Source: a virus. From it: DNA of 64,000 nt. The notes beneath the pieces are model-generated. The model saw only the letters and a list, made by a program, of their open reading frames with translations. It ran no database searches and was not told the DNA's origin. The position numbers and the translations under genes were made by a program. Shown in pieces: positions 1 to 9,136 of this stretch. The DNA lies in IMG/VR virus record IMGVR_UViG_3300033149_007571, positions 20,822 through 84,821 of that record; one strand, 5' to 3'. Positions within the stretch are counted from its first letter, which is position 1. Each line of letters begins with the position of its first letter.

Positions 1-113
1 AGGAGCAAGTCGGGCGGCTGCAATCATTGACCGATTTCAGGACCATTTTTACGACAGTAAAGCGGCTGGTTTTGCTTTGGCTTGTTGGGACATTGTGAAA
101 GGTTCGAGGTGAG

Positions 114-323
114 ATGAGGAAGGCCAAGGTAGAATATAGTCTTGCTCGTACATTGAACATGGGTAACTATGAGTCGACGAAGATCCACATAGGTTTTGCT
201 GTGGAGTGTGAAGCAACAAAGGAGGCTGTTGAAAAAGCATTTGAAGGATGTCGAGCATTTGTCAAACGGAAGATTGCTAAAGAGGAGATGGAGTACAAAG
301 TTGGTGATCCATATGAAGAGTAG
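114..323 (+). CDS. Hypothetical phage protein
   Basis: GAGGTG RBS just upstream; compact ORF (RTLNMGNYESTKIHIG) abutting the next gene. Confidence 0.65.
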   Translation: MRKAKVEYSLARTLNMGNYESTKIHIGFAVECEATKEAVEKAFEGCRAFVKRKIAKEEMEYKVGDPYEE

Positions 324-333
324 GAGAATAGTG

Positions 334-864
334 ATGGGTGATAACTCGGCTGTGGGAAAAGAAGGCAGTGGAACTGTTACTAATATATTCTCGATTGATG
401 AGTACAATTTGGAGAAAGAGTGGATTGGCCAGCCGAAGTTGTACTTCACCTGGGCAAAAAGAGCAGCAGATTGCCGTAGTCGCTTCGATGAGGCAAAGAC
501 CAACCTCGACTTGGTCCGAGCCGAAGTTGATCAAGAGATTCGGGAGACACCAGCCAAATATGGATTCGGTGAGAAGAAGCCGACGGAAAAGGCCATTGAG
601 TCGTTGGTTGTGCAACATGAACGTGTTGTCCGGGCAATGCATAATTTAGTGACTATGCGTCATGCTTATGATATTGCGCAAGCTGCGGTTGCTGCCCTTG
701 ACCATCGCAAGACGGCATTAGAACGCTTGGTCCAGTTGCATTTGGCAAATTACTATAGTGAACCTCGATCTCCAAAAGGCTACGAGGATGAGATCGAGGA
801 AGCTAAGAAAGACCGAGCTTGGAAATCGAGACAGAAGAGGGCGAGAGAGGCGCACGATGATTGA
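334..864 (+). CDS. UvsY-like recombination mediator
   Basis: Helical protein (FSIDEYNLEKEWIGQPKLYF...TEKAIESLV) upstream of SSB and RecA; start moved to ATG 334 after the AGGAG RBS. Confidence 0.6.
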   Translation: MGDNSAVGKEGSGTVTNIFSIDEYNLEKEWIGQPKLYFTWAKRAADCRSRFDEAKTNLDLVRAEVDQEIRETPAKYGFGEKKPTEKAIESLVVQHERVVRAMHNLVTMRHAYDIAQAAVAALDHRKTALERLVQLHLANYYSEPRSPKGYEDEIEEAKKDRAWKSRQKRAREAHDD

Positions 865-997
865 TGTACTAGTAACGTTGTTGGTGTTGCTTTTATTTCC
901 GTTTGTGGTGTTCTTCAGTGTGAAACTGGGGACTTACGCATTTTACCGAGGAAGGGCTCTATTTGAAGAGGAGAACGAGAATGGGACGAAAGGCTAG
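857..997 (+). CDS. Small membrane protein
   Basis: MIDVLVTLLVLLLFPFVVFFSVKLG single TM helix; overlaps both neighbours. Confidence 0.55.
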   Translation: MIDVLVTLLVLLLFPFVVFFSVKLGTYAFYRGRALFEEENENGTKG

Positions 998-2156
998 GGA
1001 ACGTCGCCGGGTTTCGGCGAAGAAGTGGAGAGAGGAGATTCGAGGGGGTTCCAATTATTTGAGGATACCTGATGAGGTCGGACTGTTTCGGCCAAAGGCC
1101 GAAACGTATCGGTTAGACTTCATGCCGTATGTTGCTGGGGATGGAAACCCAAGGGCAGAGAAGGGAGAGGAGTATTTTGAGCGAACGTTTTGGGTTCACC
1201 AGAATGTTGGAGTCAATCAGGATTGGCATCTCTGTGCGGCGAAGACTTTCAAGAGGCCCTGCCCGATTTGCGAGCACAGAGCAAAACTGATGGCTGACCC
1301 TGATGCAGATGAGGACGTTATCAAGAGTTTGGCGCCGAAGGAAAGGCAGCTTTGGTTGGTTCGGAATACGCAAGAAGATCCAGATGCTCTGTTGCTCTGG
1401 GAGGTGAGCTACCATCTGTTCGGACGATCACTTAAGGATAAGATCAACAACGCCGACGAGGAAGATGGTTACGATTATTTTGCTGATCCAACCGATGGGT
1501 ACACTGTCCGCGTGGCATTCACGCAATCTGAGCGTGGCAAATGGTTGGACGTTGCTGATATTGAGTTCCGCAAGAGGGCGGTTTCATATGATGTCGAGAT
1601 CGCAAAGGAGATGCCTTGCCTAGACGATATGTTGGTCGAGACTCCATATGATAAGCTCAAAAAGATCTTCCTGCAGACGGATGACACGGATGATGAGGAT
1701 CATGATGACGAACCCAAGGAGACTAAACCTTCTGTATCGAGGGGAAGTAAGAAAAAGGTCGAGTCCAAAACTGGCAAGAGGAAGCAAAAGGAGCAAGAAC
1801 CTCGCGCCGCTAACTTATCGGCAGGCGATATGGTCTCCTACGAGGGCGAAGAGTGTGAAGTGTTGAAGGTGTCTGGAGACGGCACCAGTTTGATTCTCGA
1901 AGCTCCGGATGGGACAATCCATAGAGCGATCGGTTTGGACGATTTGGACAGTGATTCGCCAGCAGTGTCGTCGGGTGAGCCGACTGCTTCGTCAAAGGAT
2001 CAGGATGACGATGATGATTGGGATTTTGATGATACGGATGATGCATCTGGGAATGGGGATGGACCGGAAAAGAAATTCGGATCGGACGTGGACGACGTTG
2101 TCGAGGACGATGGGGATGATGAGGATGATGAGGATTGGGATTTTGGCGACGATTGA
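981..2156 (+). CDS. T4 gp32-like single-stranded DNA-binding protein
   Basis: H...C...CPIC zinc motif, long very acidic C-terminal tail ending DWDFGDD, next to RecA; GAGGAG RBS before ATG 981. Confidence 0.8.
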   Translation: MGRKARERRRVSAKKWREEIRGGSNYLRIPDEVGLFRPKAETYRLDFMPYVAGDGNPRAEKGEEYFERTFWVHQNVGVNQDWHLCAAKTFKRPCPICEHRAKLMADPDADEDVIKSLAPKERQLWLVRNTQEDPDALLLWEVSYHLFGRSLKDKINNADEEDGYDYFADPTDGYTVRVAFTQSERGKWLDVADIEFRKRAVSYDVEIAKEMPCLDDMLVETPYDKLKKIFLQTDDTDDEDHDDEPKETKPSVSRGSKKKVESKTGKRKQKEQEPRAANLSAGDMVSYEGEECEVLKVSGDGTSLILEAPDGTIHRAIGLDDLDSDSPAVSSGEPTASSKDQDDDDDWDFDDTDDASGNGDGPEKKFGSDVDDVVEDDGDDEDDEDWDFGDD

Positions 2157-2173
2157 TATGTGATTGTGTGTAC

Positions 2174-2214
2174 TCCCCTTCATCATCTAAACGGATGGTG
2201 AAGGGGACTTTTAT
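2174..2214 (+). terminator. Intrinsic terminator after SSB gene
   Basis: 14-bp stem TCCCCTTCATCATC/GATGGTGAAGGGGA (one G-U), 6-nt loop, followed by CTTTTAT. Confidence 0.7.
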
Positions 2215-2246
2215 AGATTGGGCCAAGAGTGGTTCAGTGTGGGGAC

Positions 2247-2395
2247 GAATTTTGGCAGATTCTGGCGGAGCCCAAGAGGGGGGATTCACGTCTCCCCTGA
2301 AGGGGGAGACGTCCCGGAGGAGAAACACGAAGGAGAGATGATGCCAGAGAGGCCACCTGGTGCCCGACGTTGCCGTCTCAGGGGGCGCTTCGGGG
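2247..2395 (+). repeat. Non-coding dispersed repeat, copy 1 (inverted relative to 61240-61408)
   Basis: 2353-2395 matches the reverse complement of 61240-61282 at 41/43 nt; includes hairpin ACGTCTCCCC-TGAAG-GGGGAGACGT (2288-2312). Confidence 0.9.
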
Positions 2396-2486
2396 CTTTC
2401 CCCCTCTTGCCTCAAGAGCCTTGTAACGAAGCCTGATTGAGACCCCGAGAGAGGGGTGTCCTTTGGTTCCCCTTCGGAGGGTGAAG

Positions 2487-3548
2487 GTGGATGACACAGA
2501 GAAGATAAAGCAAATGTTGAGAATGATTGGAACGCAGCAGGGATCTCATCAACTTTTGCATAGTGGATCAACGTTAGTCGATTTGGCTTGTACAGGGACA
2601 ATAGAGGGAGCATTTTTGGCCGGGCATTATTACTTCGTTGTAGGTGATAGCAATTCTGGCAAAACCTGGTTGGGATTGTCGTGCTTTGCTGAGGCAGCGA
2701 CTGATCCACAGTGGGATAATTATCGTCTAGTGTACGACCCGGTAGAAGGTGGAGCGCTGATGGATCTGGAGCGATTCTTCGGTAGGAAGGCAGCAGAACG
2801 GATCGAAGTCGTTGATCCGCCGTCAGAGACGGTTGAAGAGTTTTATTATAATTTGGATGATCAATTGAGTGGGGATCGTCCTGTTATCAGTGTGCTCGAC
2901 AGTCAAGATGCCTTGAGTAGCGTTGCCGAACAAGAGAAGTTTGAAAAAACCAAGAAGGCATATCGAAGTGGAAAGAGCACATCGGGCAGCTTCGGGGATA
3001 ACAAGGCAAAGGTGCATTCGGCGAATTTGCGGAAGTTCATGGGACCGTTGCGAGACACGGGATCAATTTTGCTTATCTTGAATCAGACACGTGATAGTTT
3101 TGACTTGTTCACGCCGAAGACATATTCGGGTGGGAGGGCGCTGAAGTTCTATGCTACGATCCAACTTTGGAATAAGGTGAAGAAGAATTTGATCAAGAGC
3201 GTTCGTGGTAAGAAAAGACAGCTTGGCGTTCTCGTTGAATTAAGGGCGAAGAAGAGTCGGGCGACAGGGCGTGACCGGGTCGTCGAAATACCTATCTATC
3301 ATAGTTATGGTATTGATGATGTCGGTTCGTGCGTAGATTATCTTGTTAGCGAAGGAGTGTGGTCAAAGGGGAGTACAGGCTATATCCAAGCAACGGGGAT
3401 TGGCCCAACGTTTAAGGGTTATCGGGATAAGATAATCGACATCATTGAACAGGAAGACAAGATAGATGATCTTCGATTACTTGTTGAACGGACCTGGCGA
3501 GAAATTGAAAAGGAGTGTGAGATACGTAGGAGACCACGGTATGAGTGA
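2487..3548 (+). CDS. uvsX: RecA/UvsX-like recombinase
   Basis: Walker A GDSNSGKT, Walker B-like VLDS, LNQTR and SGGRALKFYA motifs; GTG start after GGAGG. Confidence 0.9.
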   Translation: MDDTEKIKQMLRMIGTQQGSHQLLHSGSTLVDLACTGTIEGAFLAGHYYFVVGDSNSGKTWLGLSCFAEAATDPQWDNYRLVYDPVEGGALMDLERFFGRKAAERIEVVDPPSETVEEFYYNLDDQLSGDRPVISVLDSQDALSSVAEQEKFEKTKKAYRSGKSTSGSFGDNKAKVHSANLRKFMGPLRDTGSILLILNQTRDSFDLFTPKTYSGGRALKFYATIQLWNKVKKNLIKSVRGKKRQLGVLVELRAKKSRATGRDRVVEIPIYHSYGIDDVGSCVDYLVSEGVWSKGSTGYIQATGIGPTFKGYRDKIIDIIEQEDKIDDLRLLVERTWREIEKECEIRRRPRYE

Positions 3549-3557
3549 TACTTGGTT

Positions 3558-4391
3558 ATGAATGATACTTGGTTGATCCTCGATTGTCCCTTCCTCGCTC
3601 ACCGTGCTCAGATGTCTATGGGTGAGTTGCACTATGAAGGAGAGGAGACGACAATCGTTTTTGGTCTGATGCGTGATCTCGTTAACTGGAAGGAGGTTTT
3701 CCGGACGAGGAGGGTGGTGTTCTGTTTTGACCGAGGGCGAAACAAGCGATTGGAATTGTATCCTGAATACAAAGCTAATCGTTTGGATGGGTCGGAAGAG
3801 GAAAGAGAGCGTAGGATATCCCTCAAAAGGCAAATCACTCGATTGATGGAAACCGACTTATTCCGTCTTGGGTATCGCAATGTGTTGTGGGAGGAAGGTT
3901 ACGAGGCTGATGATATTATTGCATCCGTTGTGCTATCAAGTATTCCCGAGGGGGATGAGGTAGTGATTGTTAGTAGCGATTCCGACTTGTACCAATTGAT
4001 CTCTTCCACAGTGTCGATATTTGATCCCAGAACGAACAAGAGACGAACATTGCAATGGTTCTTCGGCAAGTATGGGATTGAACCAAGTCAGTGGGCGGAC
4101 GTTAAGGCGTTGGCTGGTTGCATAGGAGATAATATCATAGGGGTGAAGACTGTAGGAGAGAAGTCGGCTATTGCGTTTCTGCAGGGGAGAATGCCTTCAA
4201 CGGCAAAACGTTATCAAGCTATTGTTAGTAATAGCGATCTCTGGCGACGGAACATGAGGCTTGTTCAGTTGCCTTTCGAAGGATGTCCAGTCTTCAATTT
4301 GAGGAAGGATCAGGTGTCCAAAGAGCGTTGGCATCGGTTCTGCGAAGATTTTGGGATAAAGAGCTTAAAGGGCATATATCCAGGGGGATAA
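3558..4391 (+). CDS. 5'-3' exonuclease / flap endonuclease (T4 RNase H, T5 D15-like)
   Basis: LILD, YPEYKANR, GYEADDIIAS, SSDSDLYQL, DNIIGVKTVGEK motifs. Confidence 0.92.
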   Translation: MNDTWLILDCPFLAHRAQMSMGELHYEGEETTIVFGLMRDLVNWKEVFRTRRVVFCFDRGRNKRLELYPEYKANRLDGSEEERERRISLKRQITRLMETDLFRLGYRNVLWEEGYEADDIIASVVLSSIPEGDEVVIVSSDSDLYQLISSTVSIFDPRTNKRRTLQWFFGKYGIEPSQWADVKALAGCIGDNIIGVKTVGEKSAIAFLQGRMPSTAKRYQAIVSNSDLWRRNMRLVQLPFEGCPVFNLRKDQVSKERWHRFCEDFGIKSLKGIYPGG

Positions 4392-4392
4392 A

Positions 4393-4899
4393 ATGAATAT
4401 ACTTGCTCTTGATCTAGCAACGAAGACAGGTTGGGCTCATAGCTCAGGGGAAAGCGGTGTTCAAGATTTTACTCCTCGTCGTGGTGATTCTCCAGGTATG
4501 AGGTATTTGAATCTTGGAGCATGGTTGTCTCGTTTATATGAGATGGCTCCATTCGATCTGATAGCGTATGAACAACCTCATTATCGAGGAGGACACTCGA
4601 CCGAGGTTTTGGTTGGGATGATTACAAAAGTGCAAGAATGGGCTGCAGAACGAGGAATTGAGACGACGAGTCGACACTCGGGCGAGATAAAGAAGCATGC
4701 ATTGGGGAAAGGTCGTGGGACGAAGTTAGCAATGCGTTTGAAGGCGGAGGTGAGATGGGGAAAAGTAATTGATAGTGATGATGAGTCAGATGCATTGTGG
4801 TTGTTGGATTTAGTTCAGATGGATATCGGGGTTGGATCTAGAGCAGGAGCAGCAGTTAAAGAACACCGTCGTCCAATATACGATCCGATGGAAGAATGA
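4393..4899 (+). CDS. ruvC: RuvC-like Holliday junction resolvase
   Basis: N-terminal ILALDLATKTGWA, IAYEQ, EIKKHALGKG and DDESDAL acidic residues. Confidence 0.8.
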   Translation: MNILALDLATKTGWAHSSGESGVQDFTPRRGDSPGMRYLNLGAWLSRLYEMAPFDLIAYEQPHYRGGHSTEVLVGMITKVQEWAAERGIETTSRHSGEIKKHALGKGRGTKLAMRLKAEVRWGKVIDSDDESDALWLLDLVQMDIGVGSRAGAAVKEHRRPIYDPMEE

Positions 4900-5819
4900 T
4901 AGAACGAATTCGCTTATGTAATTTTCAGAAGCATGAGGACACGAGGATCACATTCGATCCTCATGTGACGACATTCGTTGGTCCTAACGATATTGGCAAG
5001 TCTTCTATATTGAGAGCAATCCGTTGGGTGATGACGAACAAGCCTTCGGGGGTCGCTTTTATTCGTGATGGGCAGAATCAATGCAAGGTATTGATGCGAG
5101 TTGATGGTAAATCAGTTGTTAGGGCAAAGGGAAGGAAGGGTAGCTACATCGCGACGAAAGGGATGGGTGGTACGTCTTCTGATAGGAGAACATACAAAGC
5201 ATTCGGATCGGACCTACCGGAACCCATCATCCGTTTTTTCAATGTTGGTAATGTGAACTTTCAAAGGCAACATGAACAACCATTCTGGTTTTGTCTAACG
5301 GCGGGTCAGGTAAGTCGGGAACTAAACGCGGTTGTGAATCTCGATGAGATTGACAGGTCGTTGGCGGAACTGTCGAGGCGAGTAAAGAAAGCAAGGAGCG
5401 AAGTGGGTTTTTGTGAGGAACGGGTGGTCGACATTGAAAAGGAGCGGGAAGCCCTGTTATGGGTACCCAAGATGAGTGAAGAATGGTTGGCTTTGTGCGC
5501 CTTGAAGAACAAAGCGAAGACCGTCGCTTCCAGAGTGAAGCAGATGCAGAAGATGTTGGAAGCCACCGAAAAACTGCGAAAAGAGGTTGATATTGAAGTG
5601 CCTGATATCTCCAAGTTGGAGCGGTTACGATCTGAATGTTTTGCATTGACCAGAAAGAAAGAGGATTGGGTGTCGATATTAGAGAAAGTAGAGGAAGATC
5701 GGACAAGGGCAATCCAGTTGGCGAAGGAGTTGGACAGGATGGAAAACGATCTGGTGAATAAGATGGGTGGGGTGTGTCCACTATGTGGTGGGCCAATGAA
5801 GAAAACCAATGCCTCATAA
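4896..5819 (+). CDS. sbcC: Rad50/SbcC (gp46-like) ATPase, N-terminal half
   Basis: NFQKH, Walker A GPNDIGKS, Q-loop NFQRQ, coiled coil ending in zinc hook CPLCG. Confidence 0.85.
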   Translation: MIERIRLCNFQKHEDTRITFDPHVTTFVGPNDIGKSSILRAIRWVMTNKPSGVAFIRDGQNQCKVLMRVDGKSVVRAKGRKGSYIATKGMGGTSSDRRTYKAFGSDLPEPIIRFFNVGNVNFQRQHEQPFWFCLTAGQVSRELNAVVNLDEIDRSLAELSRRVKKARSEVGFCEERVVDIEKEREALLWVPKMSEEWLALCALKNKAKTVASRVKQMQKMLEATEKLRKEVDIEVPDISKLERLRSECFALTRKKEDWVSILEKVEEDRTRAIQLAKELDRMENDLVNKMGGVCPLCGGPMKKTNAS

Positions 5820-6756
5820 GATTGCTGTATTGTGTGCAGATTTGCATTTGAGCGACAAACCCCCGATAGCACGAAGTGGGGAACCAGATTGGTATGAGGC
5901 AATGAGTCGTCCGTTGAGAGAATTGAGAGATATACAAAGTGATGTAGAGAAACAGCCAGTGATCTGTGGTGGGGATGTATTTGATCGATGGAAGTCACCT
6001 CCAAAGCTCATCACATTTGCTATGCAGCAATTACCTGATAACTTTGAATCGGTAATGGGACAACATGACTTGCCATATCATAGTTGGGGTGAGCGGACAT
6101 CTTCTGCGTTTTGGACATTGGTTGAGGGCAATGCACTTGATTGTTTGGATGGGTGGAGGTCGGATGGGAAACTAGCACGTCGAGGGTTCCAATGGGGAGA
6201 GAAATTGGAGCCTTGCGAACGAGGATTAAAAGAAGATGAGTCTGTGTCTTTATCTGTTGCACACGCATTCTGTTGGTGGAAAGATCGAGGACCAGAATCT
6301 TTATCGTCGGTCGATTTCGGAGTGAATCATCGGATGAGACAACTGGAGAAGTTTGACGTAATGTTGTTCGGCGACAACCACAGGGGGTTTCTGGTGGAGC
6401 TTGGGAAGAGCGCAAGAAGGCGTGGCAAGCGAACTGTGTTCAATGCCGGTACGTTCATGCGTCGGACTGTTGATGAAAAGGATTATGCGCCAATGGTTGG
6501 TGTACTGTTTGATGACGGGACGGTGAAGAGGCACTATCTAGATACCTCGTCCGATATCTTGGACGCGTCAGAACCGGTTGCCGAAGCGGAAGAAACTATG
6601 GTGAACTTCGCTCCATTTCTAGAGGAGTTGTCATCACTGAGTGATGGCCCTATTGACTTTCGGCAAGCAGTAGAGCATGCTCTTGCAGTGGAGCAAGTGA
6701 GCAAATCCGTTCGGCGGGTGATTTTGGAATCGATGGAGCAGGCTTGTGGAGATTGA
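5809..6756 (+). CDS. sbcD: Mre11/SbcD (gp47-like) metallophosphoesterase nuclease
   Basis: ADLH, GGDVFD, GQHD and GDNH motifs; between the two Rad50 halves. Confidence 0.88.
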   Translation: MPHKIAVLCADLHLSDKPPIARSGEPDWYEAMSRPLRELRDIQSDVEKQPVICGGDVFDRWKSPPKLITFAMQQLPDNFESVMGQHDLPYHSWGERTSSAFWTLVEGNALDCLDGWRSDGKLARRGFQWGEKLEPCERGLKEDESVSLSVAHAFCWWKDRGPESLSSVDFGVNHRMRQLEKFDVMLFGDNHRGFLVELGKSARRRGKRTVFNAGTFMRRTVDEKDYAPMVGVLFDDGTVKRHYLDTSSDILDASEPVAEAEETMVNFAPFLEELSSLSDGPIDFRQAVEHALAVEQVSKSVRRVILESMEQACGD

Positions 6757-7000
6757 GCAATACACACGATTGAAAAAGAGTGTTGACGACCTTCGTCGAC
6801 GTAGAGATAAAGCCGAAGGAGCATTTGAACAATCTCTCCAACGGCTAAAAGAAACGATTGGGGTCGAATCAGAGGACGAAGCCCGTCGGAAATTGGAGGA
6901 GTTGGTGGAGAAGGCTGGACGGATTGAAAGACAGTACAAACTGGCATTACGACGGTTTTTGGAGAAGTGGGGTGAGAAGTTGGGGATAGGCGTTGATTAG
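6746..7000 (+). CDS. Small coiled-coil protein
   Basis: Heptad-rich 84 aa ORF between SbcD and the SbcC C-half. Confidence 0.65.
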   Translation: MEIEQYTRLKKSVDDLRRRRDKAEGAFEQSLQRLKETIGVESEDEARRKLEELVEKAGRIERQYKLALRRFLEKWGEKLGIGVD

Positions 7001-7009
7001 AGGGAAGCA

Positions 7010-7579
7010 ATGGATTTGGAACGATTAGAGCAAGAAGTTATGCGGATGAGGACCGAATACGAGAGAGTATTAAAAAGTCAGGCTATTGAGGAAGAGAGGT
7101 TAGTGAAGGCTAGACAGAATAGGGCAGATGCGGAGCAGGCACAGAAAATTGTTCAGGAAGTCGCCTCTGCCGTTCAGCGATCCGCTCATCAAAAAGTAGC
7201 TAGTGTCGTCACGAGGTGTCTACAAGCTGTGTTTGACGATCCATACGAGTTTGAGATCAATTTTGAAAGAAAAAGAGGTAAGACAGAAGCCACGATGCTT
7301 CTTGCCCGTCGCGGAATGAAAATCCGTCCGATGGAAGCTGTTGGTGGAAGTGTGATTGACATTGCTGCATTTGCTCTGCGGTTGGCAAATCTCGTTCTAG
7401 CGAAGCCTCCTAAGCGTCGGGTACTGATCCTTGATGAGCCGTTTCGATTTGTCAGTCCGAAGTTGCGTCCAAGAGTGAGAAAGTTGTTGGAGACACTAGC
7501 GGAGGAGATGGGCATCCAGTTCATTCTTGTTACTCATGATTCCGCTCTAGCAGCGGGAAAGGTGATAGAACTAAAATGA
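7010..7579 (+). CDS. sbcC: Rad50/SbcC ATPase, C-terminal half
   Basis: Coiled coil, signature-like VGGS, Walker B/D-loop LILDEP, H-loop LVTH. Confidence 0.85.
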   Translation: MDLERLEQEVMRMRTEYERVLKSQAIEEERLVKARQNRADAEQAQKIVQEVASAVQRSAHQKVASVVTRCLQAVFDDPYEFEINFERKRGKTEATMLLARRGMKIRPMEAVGGSVIDIAAFALRLANLVLAKPPKRRVLILDEPFRFVSPKLRPRVRKLLETLAEEMGIQFILVTHDSALAAGKVIELK

Positions 7580-7935
7580 CAGTTCCAAGAGATGTAAGAA
7601 AGAAGATCGCAGCGAGCTATAGGAAAGGCGAGAAAATCGCATTGATTGCCAAGAGATTCGGTGTTTCAGATTGCACGGTGAGTGCGATTGCAAAGGAAGC
7701 CGGATGTCCTCCAAGATATGGTTATGTCTCATTTGATAAAGTGCCTGATCCAACGCCAGAAGAGATCGAAAAGAGAGCGGCCGAAATCAGAGCTACGTGG
7801 TCGGACGAAACGTATTATCAGAGGGCAGCGGTAAACATGGGAGTTGTGCCGTACAAGCTGCCTGTGTTTTCTAGAATTGAAGTGTTTTCTAGAGTTGAAA
7901 GGCGTTGCGGAGTGAGGTTTGTGCGGAAGGAGTAA
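7576..7935 (+). CDS. Helix-turn-helix DNA-binding protein
   Basis: IALIAKRFGVSDCTVSAIA HTH. Confidence 0.7.
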   Translation: MTVPRDVRKKIAASYRKGEKIALIAKRFGVSDCTVSAIAKEAGCPPRYGYVSFDKVPDPTPEEIEKRAAEIRATWSDETYYQRAAVNMGVVPYKLPVFSRIEVFSRVERRCGVRFVRKE

Positions 7936-8070
7936 TTGGAGAGGAAGAAGAGACGCGATGTTGACCTAACCTTCGTTAAGCCAAGACGTTAGGAGAAGTA
8001 GAGGAGGGTTGAACACCCTAACAAAGATGGAGAGCTTTTCTCCGAGACAGGGAAGAGACTTGGAAAACAG

Positions 8071-8826
8071 GTGCGAAAAAACAAGATGACTAATCATATC
8101 CGAATTCGGAAACATAACACAGACCGCCAACAAAGACTAGCTAAGTTGAGAAAGGATTGGTTGGACGGCGGGTGGAATAGTCAGCATGAGTTGGCAGTAC
8201 GGTACGGAGTATCGGATTGTCAAATTTGTAGAGACTTGAAGATCATACGAGAGGTTTGCAGGGCCGAGTTTGAGGAGGAGAGCAAAACCGATTTTGATAG
8301 AAGGATTAAGCAATTGGAATCGGTAGCGGGAAGGGCAGCTCAGGGATATGAGAGAAGCAGAAAAGACCATGAAGAAGTTACCGTTCGGTACGAAAAAAAG
8401 CCTTGTACGGAGTGTGCTAACGATAAGGACAAAAAGTCGACTTGTAGGAAGTGTGAAGGGCGAGGCTTCACATACGAAGAGCATATCACCAAGAGGGTGG
8501 TTGGCCAGGCGGGGGATCCGAGGTTCCTGAGCATAATCACAAAGTGCATTACCGAGATTTGCCGTTTGCGGGGCCACTATCCTGACAAGCGCCAGGGATT
8601 AGGGAGCAAACTACAATACAAGGATGAGCCTGTACTGACATCATTTGCCAATGCCGATCCCGAGCTAATTGTGCGACATCGGTTGTTGTTATTCGAGATT
8701 GAACAATCGAAGAATGGACATCGATCTCCTGATGTACTAGAAGCCGAGTTTGAACGGGAAGAGCAAGGAGATAGTAAAGAGAATGAGTCGCAGGGGAGCG
8801 GAGTGAATAAGAAGCAAACCGAGTAA
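8071..8826 (+). CDS. Putative terminase small subunit
   Basis: HTH (SQHELAVRYGVSDCQICRDLK), GDPRFL motif, inserted CxxC..CxxC; upstream of TerL. Confidence 0.6.
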   Translation: MRKNKMTNHIRIRKHNTDRQQRLAKLRKDWLDGGWNSQHELAVRYGVSDCQICRDLKIIREVCRAEFEEESKTDFDRRIKQLESVAGRAAQGYERSRKDHEEVTVRYEKKPCTECANDKDKKSTCRKCEGRGFTYEEHITKRVVGQAGDPRFLSIITKCITEICRLRGHYPDKRQGLGSKLQYKDEPVLTSFANADPELIVRHRLLLFEIEQSKNGHRSPDVLEAEFEREEQGDSKENESQGSGVNKKQTE

Positions 8827-8857
8827 AGGGTAGACTTGGTATACCTGGAGGTGATGT

Positions 8858-9082
8858 ATGGCGACCAATTGCAACCGGAGTCTCGGACGGCGCGGTGTCG
8901 ATTGGGTGTATGTAAAGAGGGAACCTCTGCAGGCAGGAGACGAATGGTTATTCCGGTCGGGGGCCGGTGCGGAGATTTGGTATCCAATCGATGAGCGTTT
9001 TATTGGTTTTGCTAGTTCAGACATCTATCCTGGTTGTCGGATACGGAGAAGGAAAAGTAAGGATCAGACAGGAAAAGATTAA
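8858..9082 (+). CDS. Hypothetical protein
   Basis: GGAGGTG RBS; fills the gap before TerL. Confidence 0.5.
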   Translation: MATNCNRSLGRRGVDWVYVKREPLQAGDEWLFRSGAGAEIWYPIDERFIGFASSDIYPGCRIRRRKSKDQTGKD

Positions 9083-9136
9083 CTACACACGCAAGACAAT
9101 AACAAGCAAGGAGAGCCAGTGTAAAATGGTCTAGCA

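Noticed and set aside
1810-2709. Long minus-strand ORFs (e.g. 1810-2709, 5239-6004, 25462-26286, 34226-34801)
   Set aside because: Antisense shadows of well-supported + strand genes or of low-complexity tracts; no RBS or motifs
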